DNA of 64,000 nucleotides from an uncultured Acidimicrobiia bacterium (GCA_963836205.1 CAWIIV010000015.1:384001-448000), one strand, 5' to 3'; numbered from the stretch's first letter, positions 51,159 to 61,011 are shown. The notes: generated by a model not told the origin, from the sequence alone. Translations and numbers: made by a program.

Positions 51159-51674
51159 GTGACCGACCGTGGACTGACCCATCTCGACCCCCTGGGCCGG
51201 GCCCGCATGGTCGACGTCACCCCCAAGGAGGCCACCCATCGCCGGGCGTTGGCCCGGTGCAAGGTGATGATGCAGCCGGAGACGACGTCGCGGGTGGCCA
51301 CCAACGCCATCACCAAGGGCGACGTGCTGGCCGTGGCCCGGGTGGCCGGGATCCAGGCGGCCAAGCAGACTCCGATGCTCATCCCCCTCTGCCACCCACT
51401 CCTCGTGGGATCCGTCTTCGTGAACTTCACGATCGGTGACGATTGCGTCGAGGTCGAGGCCCAGGTGGAGACCGTCGACCGCACCGGGGTGGAGATGGAG
51501 GCCCTCACCGCCTGCGCGGTGGCGGCGCTCACGATCTACGACATGTGCAAGTCGGTCGACCGTTCGATGAGCATCGGCGAGCTCACCCTGTGGGAGAAGA
51601 CGGGCGGGCGATCAGGCATCTACCGGCGTCCGGTCGAGGCCGAAACCGGCCCCGGTAAACCGGCCGGAGCCTGA
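51159..51674 (+). CDS. moaC: Cyclic pyranopterin monophosphate synthase
   Basis: 'MVDV', 'KGDVL', 'LIPLCHP', 'TGVEMEAL' and 'KTGGRSG'. Confidence 0.97.
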   Translation: MTDRGLTHLDPLGRARMVDVTPKEATHRRALARCKVMMQPETTSRVATNAITKGDVLAVARVAGIQAAKQTPMLIPLCHPLLVGSVFVNFTIGDDCVEVEAQVETVDRTGVEMEALTACAVAALTIYDMCKSVDRSMSIGELTLWEKTGGRSGIYRRPVEAETGPGKPAGA

Positions 51675-51807
51675 AGAATCATCCCCTCGCGGGCTTGCCC
51701 GGCCGTCGAACGGCCTAGTAGAACTGGTCGGTGCCACTTCCCCACCATCCGCGTTTCGCGGGCGGTCGCGCAGTACGGTCCCTCGAGGAAAAGGTAGGTC
51801 GAGGAGC

Positions 51808-52440
51808 GTGACCTTGGTTCTTCTGGTCCTCGCAGTTGTCTGGGCAGCTGTCCTCATCCCCCCCGCGCTCCGTGCGCGTCAGGAGGGGCGACCGAGCGAC
51901 TCGATCAGCAACTTCCGGCGGCAGCTAGCCGTGCTCCGCCGCACCGGGCCGAAGAACAGCCGTGGCAGCGCCGACCACTGGGCTCGTCCCTACGCCTCGC
52001 CGTCGCCCACGCTCGCCAGCGTGAGCCGCCTCCATACCGCCCAGGCCGCCCCCGGTCGGCCCCGGCCGTACCTGGCTCCGTCGGGCGGCGGGCCGGCCCC
52101 CGGGCGCATGCCACCCATGGCGATCGCCGGGCGGCCTCGGGTCAACGCCTCCGCCACCCGCAGCCGCACCCTCCGCCGCCGGCGCGACGTCCTCACCGGC
52201 CTGGCCGCCACCGTGGCCGTCAGCCTGGTGCTGGCCGTCGTCACCGGGCTGGCCTCGATCTTCGTGCTGCTCCACATCCTCGCCGACGTGCTGCTCGTCG
52301 CCTACGTGGCGCTCCTGATCCACCAGCGCAACGCGGCCGCCGAGCGCGACATGAACGTCCGCTTCCTCCCGAACACCGGCAGCTTCGACCCGTCGCTCAT
52401 GCCTGGTGAGCCGGCGTTGCTCCGGCGCTCGGCCAACTAG
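51808..52440 (+). CDS. GlpR/SepX-like membrane protein
   Basis: N-terminal 'LAVVWAAVLIP', a disordered basic linker, then 'RRRR' and two TMs; position between moeA/moaC and tRNA-Ala as in other actinobacteria. Confidence 0.7.
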   Translation: MTLVLLVLAVVWAAVLIPPALRARQEGRPSDSISNFRRQLAVLRRTGPKNSRGSADHWARPYASPSPTLASVSRLHTAQAAPGRPRPYLAPSGGGPAPGRMPPMAIAGRPRVNASATRSRTLRRRRDVLTGLAATVAVSLVLAVVTGLASIFVLLHILADVLLVAYVALLIHQRNAAAERDMNVRFLPNTGSFDPSLMPGEPALLRRSAN

Positions 52441-52469
52441 CCCTCCGTCCCCGACAGCGGCGGCGGCCA

Positions 52470-53114
52470 ATGTCACCCGACCGGGCCGCCGAGCTGGCCA
52501 TCCTGGGCCACGACCTCCACCAGCACCTGGGCGCCTCGTCGCGGGCGCGGGAGGTGGCGCTCCCCGCCTGCCGGCAGACGATCCAAGCCTGTGGACGCTC
52601 GATCCGGGCCGTCCATCGCCAGGAGCCCGAGGTCGCCGCCCGCCTGGCCGACGAGGCCGCCGGGCACCTGCGCACGGCCCAGGAGGCGCTGAGCCCCTAC
52701 CCGGCCCTGGCCGCCAGCGGACCGCTGCACGACGCGGAGAAGGAGTACGCCGAGGCCCGCCTCACCGCGGCCATGGTCGACGAGCGGCCGTTGCCGTCGT
52801 ACTCCGAGCTGGCCGTGTCGGGCTCGGCCTGGCTCGGCGGCCTGGCCGAGGCCGCCAGCGAGCTGCGGCGCCACCTGCTCGATCGGTTGCGCGACGGCGA
52901 GCTGGCCCGGTCGGAGCGGTTGCTGGAGGCGATGGACGACGCCTACGGCCTGCTCATCACCATCGACTACCCCGACGCCGTCACCGGCGGCCTGCGCCGG
53001 ACCACCGACGCGCTGCGGGCGGTGCTCGAGCGGACGCGAGGCGACCTCACCACGACGGTGCTCCAGTCCAGGCTCCAACAGGCCCTCGAACGCCACGTGC
53101 CGCCAGCCGGGTGA
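52470..53114 (+). CDS. Translin/TRAX-family protein
   Basis: 'KEYAEA', 'WLGGLAEAASELRR' and 'GLRRTTD' match translin-family helices. Confidence 0.85.
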   Translation: MSPDRAAELAILGHDLHQHLGASSRAREVALPACRQTIQACGRSIRAVHRQEPEVAARLADEAAGHLRTAQEALSPYPALAASGPLHDAEKEYAEARLTAAMVDERPLPSYSELAVSGSAWLGGLAEAASELRRHLLDRLRDGELARSERLLEAMDDAYGLLITIDYPDAVTGGLRRTTDALRAVLERTRGDLTTTVLQSRLQQALERHVPPAG

Positions 53115-53144
53115 CCACCCTCCGCTAGCCTGGGAGTCCCGCCA

Positions 53145-53217
53145 GGGGGTGTAGCTCAGCTGGTAGAGCGCCACGTTCGCAACGTGGAAGTCGGCGGTTC
53201 GAGTCCGCTCACCTCCA
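53145..53217 (+). tRNA. tRNA-Ala(CGC)
   Basis: Full cloverleaf, anticodon loop TT-CGC-AA, G3:U70 identity pair, GGTTCGAGTCC T-loop; CCA not encoded. Confidence 0.97.
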
Positions 53218-53345
53218 CTCCGTCGAGAACAGACCGGCGACGTCGGGACGACCGAGAGCGTCGTCGTCCCTGCCCCGGCGATATGGCCGCTGGTGTCAGC
53301 GCGCAGGGGGGCGCTATTGGGTATGCGCCGAACGGCAAGTGGGCG

Positions 53346-53647
53346 TCATGACTGATCGATCTCAATGCCGAACAGGATGATGGAGCCGTCCGTGTGCAGC
53401 TGGCCCACGATGACGGCTGCGGCGACAAGGCTTCCTGTGGTCGCGAGGTATCGGTAATCCGTTCGGCGTCGTACATAGCCGGTAGGTCATCGAAGGACGT
53501 GGCGAACATGTCGGCGATCGACGGCAGGTCGATCAGCAGGAAGTCGCTACTGGAGGGCTCGCCGTTGTCCCCTCGGGTGTCATCGAGCTGCGCGTCGAGT
53601 TCGGCAAAGAACTGTGGGTCGACCCGGACGGGGCGGCGTTGGGTCAA
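53346..53647 (-). CDS. Hypothetical protein, possibly a RelE-like toxin (frameshift near 53462)
   Basis: 'RRPVRVDPQFFAELD...' continues as 'DYRYLATTGSLVAAAVIVGQLHTDGSIILFGIEID'. Confidence 0.5.
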
Positions 53648-53829
53648 TGCTTCGCGTCGGCGCCTTCGGTCGCGGCAATTCGGGCATCCGCCTTGCGTCG
53701 GGCACGGGCGAGAAGGTCAGGGGCAACGGCCGCGGGGTCAGTGACAAACCCTGCTCGGACCGCCGCGTCACGCTCGTCGGGCGACAGCGCTTCAAGCTCG
53801 GCCGCAGTTCGGACTCGCTCGCCGCTCAC
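53644..53829 (-). CDS. Small hypothetical protein, possibly an antitoxin
   Basis: About 61 aa; its stop overlaps the start of the next gene (TTGA). Confidence 0.55.
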   Translation of the reverse strand: MSGERVRTAAELEALSPDERDAAVRAGFVTDPAAVAPDLLARARRKADARIAATEGADAKH

Positions 53830-53892
53830 GTACTCACGGTACTGCGGAGCGGACAGAGAGTTGGTCAACACCGCGGACGCCGCCGGGTGCCT

Positions 53893-54291
53893 CTACTTTG
53901 CGATTGGATCGATCTCGAACTCGAAGTCCGCCGCTCGGAACGTGACGCTGAAGAAGCGGAAGAACGAGGCCTGACCGAGCAAACCCCACGCGTACGGCCA
54001 GGGGTCGCAGAACCCGGCTACGGCCTCCCACACCCGACCGCCGGCCCCGAACCGGACGGTGACGAACGTCGCTGACGTCGACGTGCCCCCGATGCCCAAG
54101 ATTCGAGACTGTCCCTCGGACAGCGGCAGAGCAGCAGCCTGCGCGACCCAGGTCGGCAGCAGCGTGTGCACTGAACCGCTGTCCACGAGGCACGGCACCA
54201 GCACATCGTCCATGTCCTCGATGACAACGTCGAGTACCGGGCGTGGCACGCCGCCCGCCTCGTCCGGCAACTCCGTGTAGGGCACGATCAC
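53893..54291 (-). CDS. Retropepsin-like aspartyl protease
   Basis: 'CLVDSGS', flap 'ILGIGG' and 'GLLGQ'; GTGA-coupled to the upstream gene. Confidence 0.8.
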   Translation of the reverse strand: MIVPYTELPDEAGGVPRPVLDVVIEDMDDVLVPCLVDSGSVHTLLPTWVAQAAALPLSEGQSRILGIGGTSTSATFVTVRFGAGGRVWEAVAGFCDPWPYAWGLLGQASFFRFFSVTFRAADFEFEIDPIAK

Positions 54292-54758
54292 GGCGTGGAA
54301 AGTGCAGACCCAGCCTGCTCTGGGCTGGCCGGTACCCGCCAGACTCTGGCGCGTCGCCCATGCCGACGGAGCCACCCCAACACGGTTTGGACGTCGTCAG
54401 CGGCGAAGAGAATCTCGACGCCGTCCTGGGCGACCCATTGACCGAGGTGCGCTTGCAGGAGCGCGGCCTCGGCACCCCCGCGAGGTCCTTGGTGACCAGC
54501 AACGCCGGGAACGACCTGCTCGCTGCGGCGGTACACCCCAAACCCGACTCGACGCAGCACGGCCCGTGCCTGATGGGTCGTGAAATCCGCCCGGTCGAGA
54601 CCCGTGACGACCGCCAGCACTTGCTTGGGCGGAAATCGGCGGCCTCTCACCACGACGTAGTGCTCGTTCACCGGCTCCGGCTCCACGGTCTCCAACAGCG
54701 ACTCGATGTGGCCGCCATCGAGTTCGAATCGACATCCGGCGACGGTCGCAACGGTCAT
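54288..54758 (-). CDS. Two-domain protein: putative DNA-binding N-domain plus DUF5678-like C-domain
   Basis: 'HYVVVRGRRFPPKQV..TG..DFTTHQARAVLRRVGF' and 'GQWVAQDGVEILFAADD'. Confidence 0.65.
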   Translation of the reverse strand: MTVATVAGCRFELDGGHIESLLETVEPEPVNEHYVVVRGRRFPPKQVLAVVTGLDRADFTTHQARAVLRRVGFGVYRRSEQVVPGVAGHQGPRGGAEAALLQAHLGQWVAQDGVEILFAADDVQTVLGWLRRHGRRARVWRVPASPEQAGSALSTP

Positions 54759-55067
54759 GGCGATTCCCTTCTCTACTAGGTACTCTCTGGTCTGTACTTA
54801 CTGAAGGGTACCCCCGAGCGGAGCGCCCTCGGGCCGTTCGGGAGGGCGCTCGATCGTGATGCCGCCGGCGCCGGGTCGATCGGATCAGATCACTGTCCGC
54901 GCCGGACCACCAGGCGTCAACAGCTACGGGGCCGCTGCGGCACGCTCGATCCGCAACATCCGCTCGTCCACGTTCGGTACCCGACCGGTCAGCATGAGGG
55001 CCGGCGTTCCGTTCCCCGCCCGGCCGGCTCGCGGAGACGGCCGCGACGGTCCCCTACAGTCGGGGTC

Positions 55068-55514
55068 ATGGCCCTCGAAGGGGAGTACGAGCCGAGCCCG
55101 CAGCAGTGGGTCCGGGACCAGGTCGACGAGTATGAGAGCTCGGGAGGCCAGCGGGGGATCACGCTCCTCGACACCGGACTGCCGGTCATCATCGTGACCT
55201 CTCGCGGCAACAGGACCGGCAAGCTCCGGAAGACCCCGCTGATGCGGGTGGAGCACGACGGCGAGTACGCACTGGTCGCCTCACGAGGGGGGGCGCCCAC
55301 CCATCCGGTCTGGTATTACAACCTCAAGGCCAGCCCGGAGACCGTCGTGATTCAGGACGGCCCTACCGTTTTCGACGCCCGCATACGTGAGTTGAGCGGA
55401 GACGAGCGGGCCGAGTGGTGGGAGCGCGCCGTCGCCGCGTTCCCGCCCTATGCCGAGTACCAGACGAAGACCGAGCGCGCGATACCCGTGTTCGTAGCCA
55501 GCCGCCGGAGCTGA
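55068..55514 (+). CDS. F420-dependent nitroreductase (Ddn family)
   Basis: '[12 protein letters not shown]', '[17 protein letters not shown]' and '[13 protein letters not shown]'. Confidence 0.93.
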   Translation: MALEGEYEPSPQQWVRDQVDEYESSGGQRGITLLDTGLPVIIVTSRGNRTGKLRKTPLMRVEHDGEYALVASRGGAPTHPVWYYNLKASPETVVIQDGPTVFDARIRELSGDERAEWWERAVAAFPPYAEYQTKTERAIPVFVASRRS

Positions 55515-55709
55515 CTTCGTAGGGTTCCTGGTAGTCGATCAAGCCAAGGTTCTGCGCCGTGGATACGCGTACAACGCAAGCCCGTCTAACCGTGATCGTT
55601 CACGAGCCCCGTCGAGCCGACGGCTGACGGTCCGCGAAAAGGCCCTCCCAGCAGCGAAAACTGCATGTGACGAAGCACGCAGGACCCGAGCGAGGAGGGC
55701 ACTTCCGAG

Positions 55710-56290
55710 GTGAACGCTACACGCGCCGTCGAGCCGTTGGTGGTGACCCAGGGCGACACCCAGGCCGCCTCCCTGGTGGGCATGCACCTTCTCGGGAATC
55801 TTGCCGATCGCCTCGGCCTGACTTCGGCCTATTTCGACAGCCGTGCCCTGGACCGGTGAGCGGGCTCCCGGTCAGGACCGGGGTCGGTTGTTCGCCCAGG
55901 TGGCGGTGATGCTGGCCGGCGGCGGGGAGTGCGTCACCGACATGGCCGCGCTGCGGGACCAACCCGAGCTGTTCGGCGACGTCGCCTCCTCGGCCACCAT
56001 CTGGCGCGCCGTCCGCGAGATCGACGAGACCGTGCTGGGCGACCTGCGCGTCGGTCGGGCCGCGGCCAGAGCCACGGCCTGGGCATCGCTCGACGTTCCC
56101 GACGAGGTCATCCTCGACATCGCCAGGGTGGAGAACTGCAGCAAGGACCTGCGCGACAGCGGTCTGGGCCGCATGCCGTTCGGCTCCTTCGCCATGAACC
56201 AGGCGTGGTTGGAGCTGGTGCTCACCGGAGCCGACCTGCTGGCCTGGCTGCCGGGGGGGTGCCTCGACGGCGAGTTGGCCAAGGATCGTC
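55710..56290 (+). pseudogene. IS1380-family transposase remnant, internally deleted
   Basis: 'LAGGGECVTDMAALRDQPELFGDVASSATIWR...VILDI' is joined directly to 'RVENCSKDLRDSGLGRMPFGSFAMNQAWLELV'. Confidence 0.8.
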
Positions 56291-56769
56291 TTCCTGGTGC
56301 CTCAATATCGCGCCCGACGGGGGTAATGCTCGAGTGGTTGGATACGACATCGTGGCGGCCGGTGGCGCCCTCGTAAAGGGGGGAGATGGGCTCCGGCGCC
56401 AGTGCTAGGAGGGACGTAGCGACGTAGCAGATGTGCGGCTCTCCGCTTCTTGAGGTAGACGGTCCACACTGAGCCATGGAGCCCCCCCTCTTTTTTTGCT
56501 GGAGTTGGTCCGACGCCGCAGGTTTTCACGAAGTCTCCTCGACGGCTGCGTTGACCATCGGGTTGATGTCGAGAACTGCTTCGCGAGGCCCTGAGCTCCT
56601 TCCAGCCGCCTGCTGGTATGCGGGAGCCGGTCATGGGTCGTCACCGTCTACGCGCAGGTCTCATGGCCGCCGACATTCGGCCGATCTGCAACCGCTGGGA
56701 CTCCAGTGGTACCACCATCATCCGCGGGTCTGGCCCACACCGAACAACCGGTGTGCGAGGCGCGAGCGG

Positions 56770-57792
56770 TTGACCGGTGCCCGATTTCTGGCGGCAGCCG
56801 TCGCAATCGTCGCCCTGGCGGGCTGTGCCGGCGACGGCGACCGGCGTCAGGCCCGGTCCGATGTGCCCGAGCCGGCCTCGGCCCCGCCGGCGGTGGCGTT
56901 GGCCGACCTTCCCGGCCGCATCGTCCCCTTGGCCGGGGAGCCCGAGGGCCTCGTCTGGGACTCGACCACGGGCACGATCGCGGTCGCCGTCCGCAATCCC
57001 GGCGCGCTGGCCCTCGTGGACGCCGCCACCGGCAACGAGCGGACCCGTTTGCCTCTCGGCGGGGCCGCCCGCCACCTCCAACTGGCGGGTGCGGGCGGGC
57101 CGGTGCTGGTCCCGTCGGAGAACGACGACCGCCTCTACCGCGTCGCTCTCCCGGACGGTCCGGCGGACGCGGGCACCCCCGTTGGCCGTCAACCCCACGA
57201 TGCCGCGCCCGCGGCCGGGGGTCGGGTGTTCGTCGGCGACGAGCTGGCCGACACCGTCCACGTCCTGGAAGCGGACGGGTCCAGCCGGATCGTGGCCGCA
57301 CCGGCCCAGCCCGGAGGCGTCGCGTCCGCCGTCGACGGCTCCGTCGTGGTCGTCGTCGGCGTGCGGGGACGGCGCATCGCCGCCTACGCACCCGACGGCC
57401 GCCAGCTCGGAGAGGCAGCGTGTGGCGTCGGGCCGACCCACGTGCGCGCCGGGGCCGCCGGAAGCGGGCTGTTCTACGTCGCCGACACCCAAGGCGACGC
57501 CGTGCTCGTGTTCCGGGCCGGGCCCGACGGCATCAGCCAGGTGGGCCGGGTGCGGACGGATGTCGGCGCTGCCCCCTACGGCCTCGCCTTCGACGCCCGC
57601 CGGTCACGCCTCTACGTCACCCTGACCGGCACCAACCAACTCCGCTCGTACCGGGTCGACGGCGCCACGCTCGTCGCCGAGCGGGTGTGGTCGACCCCTC
57701 GTCAGCCCAACGACGTGGCCGTCGACGACGCCACCGGGCGGGTGGTCGTGGCCGGGACCGCGGACGGCGTCCTCCAGTTCATCGAGCCCTGA
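56770..57792 (+). CDS. YncE-like beta-propeller lipoprotein
   Basis: Lipobox 'LAGC'; repeated blade motifs ('GRQPHD', 'AQPGG', 'GVGPTH', 'APYGLA', 'RQPND'); start approximate. Confidence 0.85.
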   Translation: MTGARFLAAAVAIVALAGCAGDGDRRQARSDVPEPASAPPAVALADLPGRIVPLAGEPEGLVWDSTTGTIAVAVRNPGALALVDAATGNERTRLPLGGAARHLQLAGAGGPVLVPSENDDRLYRVALPDGPADAGTPVGRQPHDAAPAAGGRVFVGDELADTVHVLEADGSSRIVAAPAQPGGVASAVDGSVVVVVGVRGRRIAAYAPDGRQLGEAACGVGPTHVRAGAAGSGLFYVADTQGDAVLVFRAGPDGISQVGRVRTDVGAAPYGLAFDARRSRLYVTLTGTNQLRSYRVDGATLVAERVWSTPRQPNDVAVDDATGRVVVAGTADGVLQFIEP

Positions 57793-57911
57793 CCGGTCCC
57801 GTCTTCAGAGCCGAATGGCTGACATAGGACGCCGACCAAGGGGGTAAGGCAGGGCCAGGTGATCGAGCCAGTGCCGCCTGACTCCGACAGACGAGGAACG
57901 AGAGGAGAATC

Positions 57912-58232
57912 ATGTTTTACGTCGCTCCCTGGGTAGCCAAGTTCTTGGCTGGGACCACCAAGGCGTATTACGCGGCACCGAAGGTCGCCGGGTACGCGGC
58001 GCACCGCACCGCGGCCGGGGCCGGATACGCGGCCCACCGCACGGCGGCCGGCGCAGGCTCTGCGGCCGCGACAGCCAAGGCGACGGCCACCGGCCGAACG
58101 GCACCGCACGCGGCCCGCAAGATGGCACGTTCGTCGGCCAAGCAGGCGAAGTACATGGCGAAGGGGACACCGCACGCGACCCGCCAGGCGGCAGACGAGG
58201 CGGCCAAGCAGATGAAGCATCTAGCGAAGTAG
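57912..58232 (+). CDS. Small basic Ala/Lys-rich hypothetical protein
   Basis: RBS GAGGAG; duplicated 11-aa unit AGYAAHRTAAG. Confidence 0.65.
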   Translation: MFYVAPWVAKFLAGTTKAYYAAPKVAGYAAHRTAAGAGYAAHRTAAGAGSAAATAKATATGRTAPHAARKMARSSAKQAKYMAKGTPHATRQAADEAAKQMKHLAK

Positions 58233-58294
58233 CCCCAAGAGGCGCTTGCCATCGGCGTGCGGAGCGGGCCGCGGCCTGCTTGGCGCGCCGCCGG

Positions 58295-60475
58295 TTACTG
58301 CCCCTGACCCTCTCCCAGCTGTAGCGGCACCGGGTGCGTCTCCGCCGCCGTCGTTCGAGTCTCACCGTCGATCTGATGCTTCCGCAGCGGGAGCTGGGCG
58401 ATGCCCAGACTGGCCAGCATCGAGGACACCCAGATCAACGTGGCCGGGACAATCCCGATGACGGCGGCCAGGGCACCGCCGATGACGACGACGCCCTGGC
58501 CGACCGAGACCACGTATCCCGCTTTCATGTTGGCATCGAACTCGTTCGCCAATTGCAGCACGAACGGCAACTGCGCAAGCCCTTGACCGGTCAGAACGAT
58601 CTGGGCCGAATCGGTGGCCGCGGTCGAGGCCCCGCGCAGTGAGATCGAGACGTTCGCTTTCTTCAACGAAATGGAGTCGTTGATCCCATCCCCCACGAAG
58701 CAGACCCGGCGACCCTCCGACTGCAATTGCGCGACCAGACTGGCCTTCTCCTCGGGGAACGTGTTGGAGAAGTAGCGGGAAATGCCGAGCTCGCCAGCCA
58801 ACTTGCTCGTGGGCTCTTCCTGATCGCCCGAGATGATGATGATGTCGAGTTGGCGCCGGCGGAGGTCGTCCAGCACCGCCTTGACCTCGGGCCGAAGCGT
58901 CGTCTGCAACTCGATCGCACCGACCAGCTGATCGTCGACGGCAACCATGATCAGCGAATGGCCCTGCTCGTGGCTCGCTTCCAGCGCGGCTTGGATGGTG
59001 GCCGGTATGGCGATCGACTCCAAGGCCATGTAACGGTCGCTCCCGACCCGGATGAGCCGGTCGTCGAGCTGAACGCTCAACCCGTAACCCATCTGGTACT
59101 GCGCACCACCGACGTCCGGCAGAGAGATGCCCCGCGTGGTCGCTTCGGTGAGAATGGCGCGGGCAATGGGGTGCGTCTGGCGATGCTCGGCCGCGGCCGC
59201 GTACCGCAACACGGTCTCGGCATTGTCTTCGGCACAGGTATGGATGGCGGCGATCTCCGGCTCGTCGAGCGTCAACGTGCCCGTCTTGTCGAAGATGACG
59301 GTGTCGACGTCCTTCAGCAGCTCCAACGACCGGCCGTCCTTCACCAGAATTCCGTGGTCGGCGGCCACGTTCAAGAAGTTCAGCATTGCGATCGGCGCGG
59401 TGAGGCGCACGTTCAGGCCGATGCCGGCGCCCAGGATCGTCACCACGTAGCGATAGCCGGCGAGGGGCAAGGCGAGGAGGGCCAAGACCATCGTCGGCCC
59501 TACTGACTTGTCGGCCACCTGCTCGCCTCTCGACACGATGCTGGCCTGATACGACGCAGTGTTGTTCAGGATGAACCCGACTTGCGCGGCGGCCGTCTCC
59601 TCACCGGTTTTCGCGACCTCGACGTTGACCTTTCCCGCCAACATCAAGGTGCCGGCGAGGACTTGGTCGCCCTCGCCCTTTTCCGCGGGCTGCGATTCGC
59701 CGGTGAGCATGTGCTGGTCGATGGTGGCGATGCCACCGACGATGACGCCATCGACGGGGATCGCCTGTCCGGCGTGGACGACCACGATGTCTCCGCCCTG
59801 GAGGGAGTCCACCGGGACTTCCACCTCGACAGTGTCCACGAGCTGCCAGGCGGTTCGCGGCTGCTCGCCGAAGATCTTGATGAGGCTTTGTTGCGAGCGA
59901 CGTTGGGTCATTGTGACCAACTTCTCGCTCAGGTAGTAGGCGAGCAGGGCAAAGGACCCGGCGAGAACGAAACCGCCGACGAAGACACCCAAGAAGTGGA
60001 GCGACAGCATCACGCTCATCGTCAACTTGTGCTCGTGAACCAGCGCGTTGAGGCCATGCCGGAAGATCCGAACGCCGCCGTACAGCCCGGCGCCCAACGC
60101 CAGAACTGAGAGCGGCGGGAAGAAGATGCTTCCGATGGCGGCGCCGATACTCACCGCGGAGGCGCCCACATAGCGGTTGAGTTGGCGTTCGTCCTCGGTC
60201 ATCACCGAGGAACCGTCGCTGGTCGTCAACCGCGCCAGCTCTTCCTGTGGCATCCGACCGAACATCGGATCGACCCTCTCCACCATGAACCCCTGGTAAT
60301 GGCGGTCCAGTGCCTTGAGCGCTCCCGGCGACCGGTCAGCCGTCTCCTCCTCGAACTCCCGTACCGCCTCCTGCACTCCCGAGAGGACCTCCTTGCACAG
60401 GTCCTTGAACCACCGTTCCAGGCGGCCGCGACCACTCGCCCGTCGACCGACCACAGGAAGCGGCCGCGACATCAA
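58295..60475 (-). CDS. P1B-type P-type ATPase without a CPx motif
   Basis: 'LTGES', 'DKTGTLT', 'HP' and 'GDGIND' present; the membrane segment before DKTG reads 'GAGIGLNVRLTAP'. Confidence 0.88.
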   Translation of the reverse strand: MMSRPLPVVGRRASGRGRLERWFKDLCKEVLSGVQEAVREFEEETADRSPGALKALDRHYQGFMVERVDPMFGRMPQEELARLTTSDGSSVMTEDERQLNRYVGASAVSIGAAIGSIFFPPLSVLALGAGLYGGVRIFRHGLNALVHEHKLTMSVMLSLHFLGVFVGGFVLAGSFALLAYYLSEKLVTMTQRRSQQSLIKIFGEQPRTAWQLVDTVEVEVPVDSLQGGDIVVVHAGQAIPVDGVIVGGIATIDQHMLTGESQPAEKGEGDQVLAGTLMLAGKVNVEVAKTGEETAAAQVGFILNNTASYQASIVSRGEQVADKSVGPTMVLALLALPLAGYRYVVTILGAGIGLNVRLTAPIAMLNFLNVAADHGILVKDGRSLELLKDVDTVIFDKTGTLTLDEPEIAAIHTCAEDNAETVLRYAAAAEHRQTHPIARAILTEATTRGISLPDVGGAQYQMGYGLSVQLDDRLIRVGSDRYMALESIAIPATIQAALEASHEQGHSLIMVAVDDQLVGAIELQTTLRPEVKAVLDDLRRRQLDIIIISGDQEEPTSKLAGELGISRYFSNTFPEEKASLVAQLQSEGRRVCFVGDGINDSISLKKANVSISLRGASTAATDSAQIVLTGQGLAQLPFVLQLANEFDANMKAGYVVSVGQGVVVIGGALAAVIGIVPATLIWVSSMLASLGIAQLPLRKHQIDGETRTTAAETHPVPLQLGEGQGQ

Positions 60476-60687
60476 CTTCCCCCCTTCTCACTCAGGGCAC
60501 CGGTCGGCATCGTGGCGTAGACGCTACGCCCCCGCCACCGCGCCGATGCCACGGTCTCTCCGAACCGGCCCGCTCCCGCGCCTTCGGCTCCGTCGGAGAT
60601 CGCCTGCGGAAAGTGTTAGGTCGGCGCGCTGACGCGGCTCCTTCAGGCGACGGGTGGAGCTGCCACCCGAACCGAATGGAGGACGCG

Positions 60688-61011
60688 ATGAGTCGCAAGG
60701 GAGTTCCGTTCCTGCTGGCGAGCATGACGCTGGCCGCAACCGTGCTGGCCCCACAGGCCGCGGGGGCGACCGAGTCCCGGAGGTCGCAATCGACCGGGAG
60801 TCCGGGTGCCGAGCGCACGACGTCGCAGGCCATGGTCCCGACCGGACGCCAGCTGCCCCCGGTCGGCGGTCAGAAGGGGCTCGCCGACTGTGCCGAGGGG
60901 CACCACCTGTCGCCGTTCGAGATGCCGATCTACGACGACGACGGGCTCTTCGTCATCGGCCACGAGACCGTGTGGGTCTGCATTCCGGACGACCTCGAGC
61001 CCGCGGGCTAG
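60688..61011 (+). CDS. Small secreted hypothetical protein
   Basis: RBS GGAGG; signal peptide; two Cys in the C-terminal part. Confidence 0.65.
   Translation: MSRKGVPFLLASMTLAATVLAPQAAGATESRRSQSTGSPGAERTTSQAMVPTGRQLPPVGGQKGLADCAEGHHLSPFEMPIYDDDGLFVIGHETVWVCIPDDLEPAG

Noticed and set aside
56300-56700. Terminator or small gene around the C7/T7 tract
   Set aside because: There is no convincing stem before the T-run and no ORF with recognisable features; probably decayed sequence.
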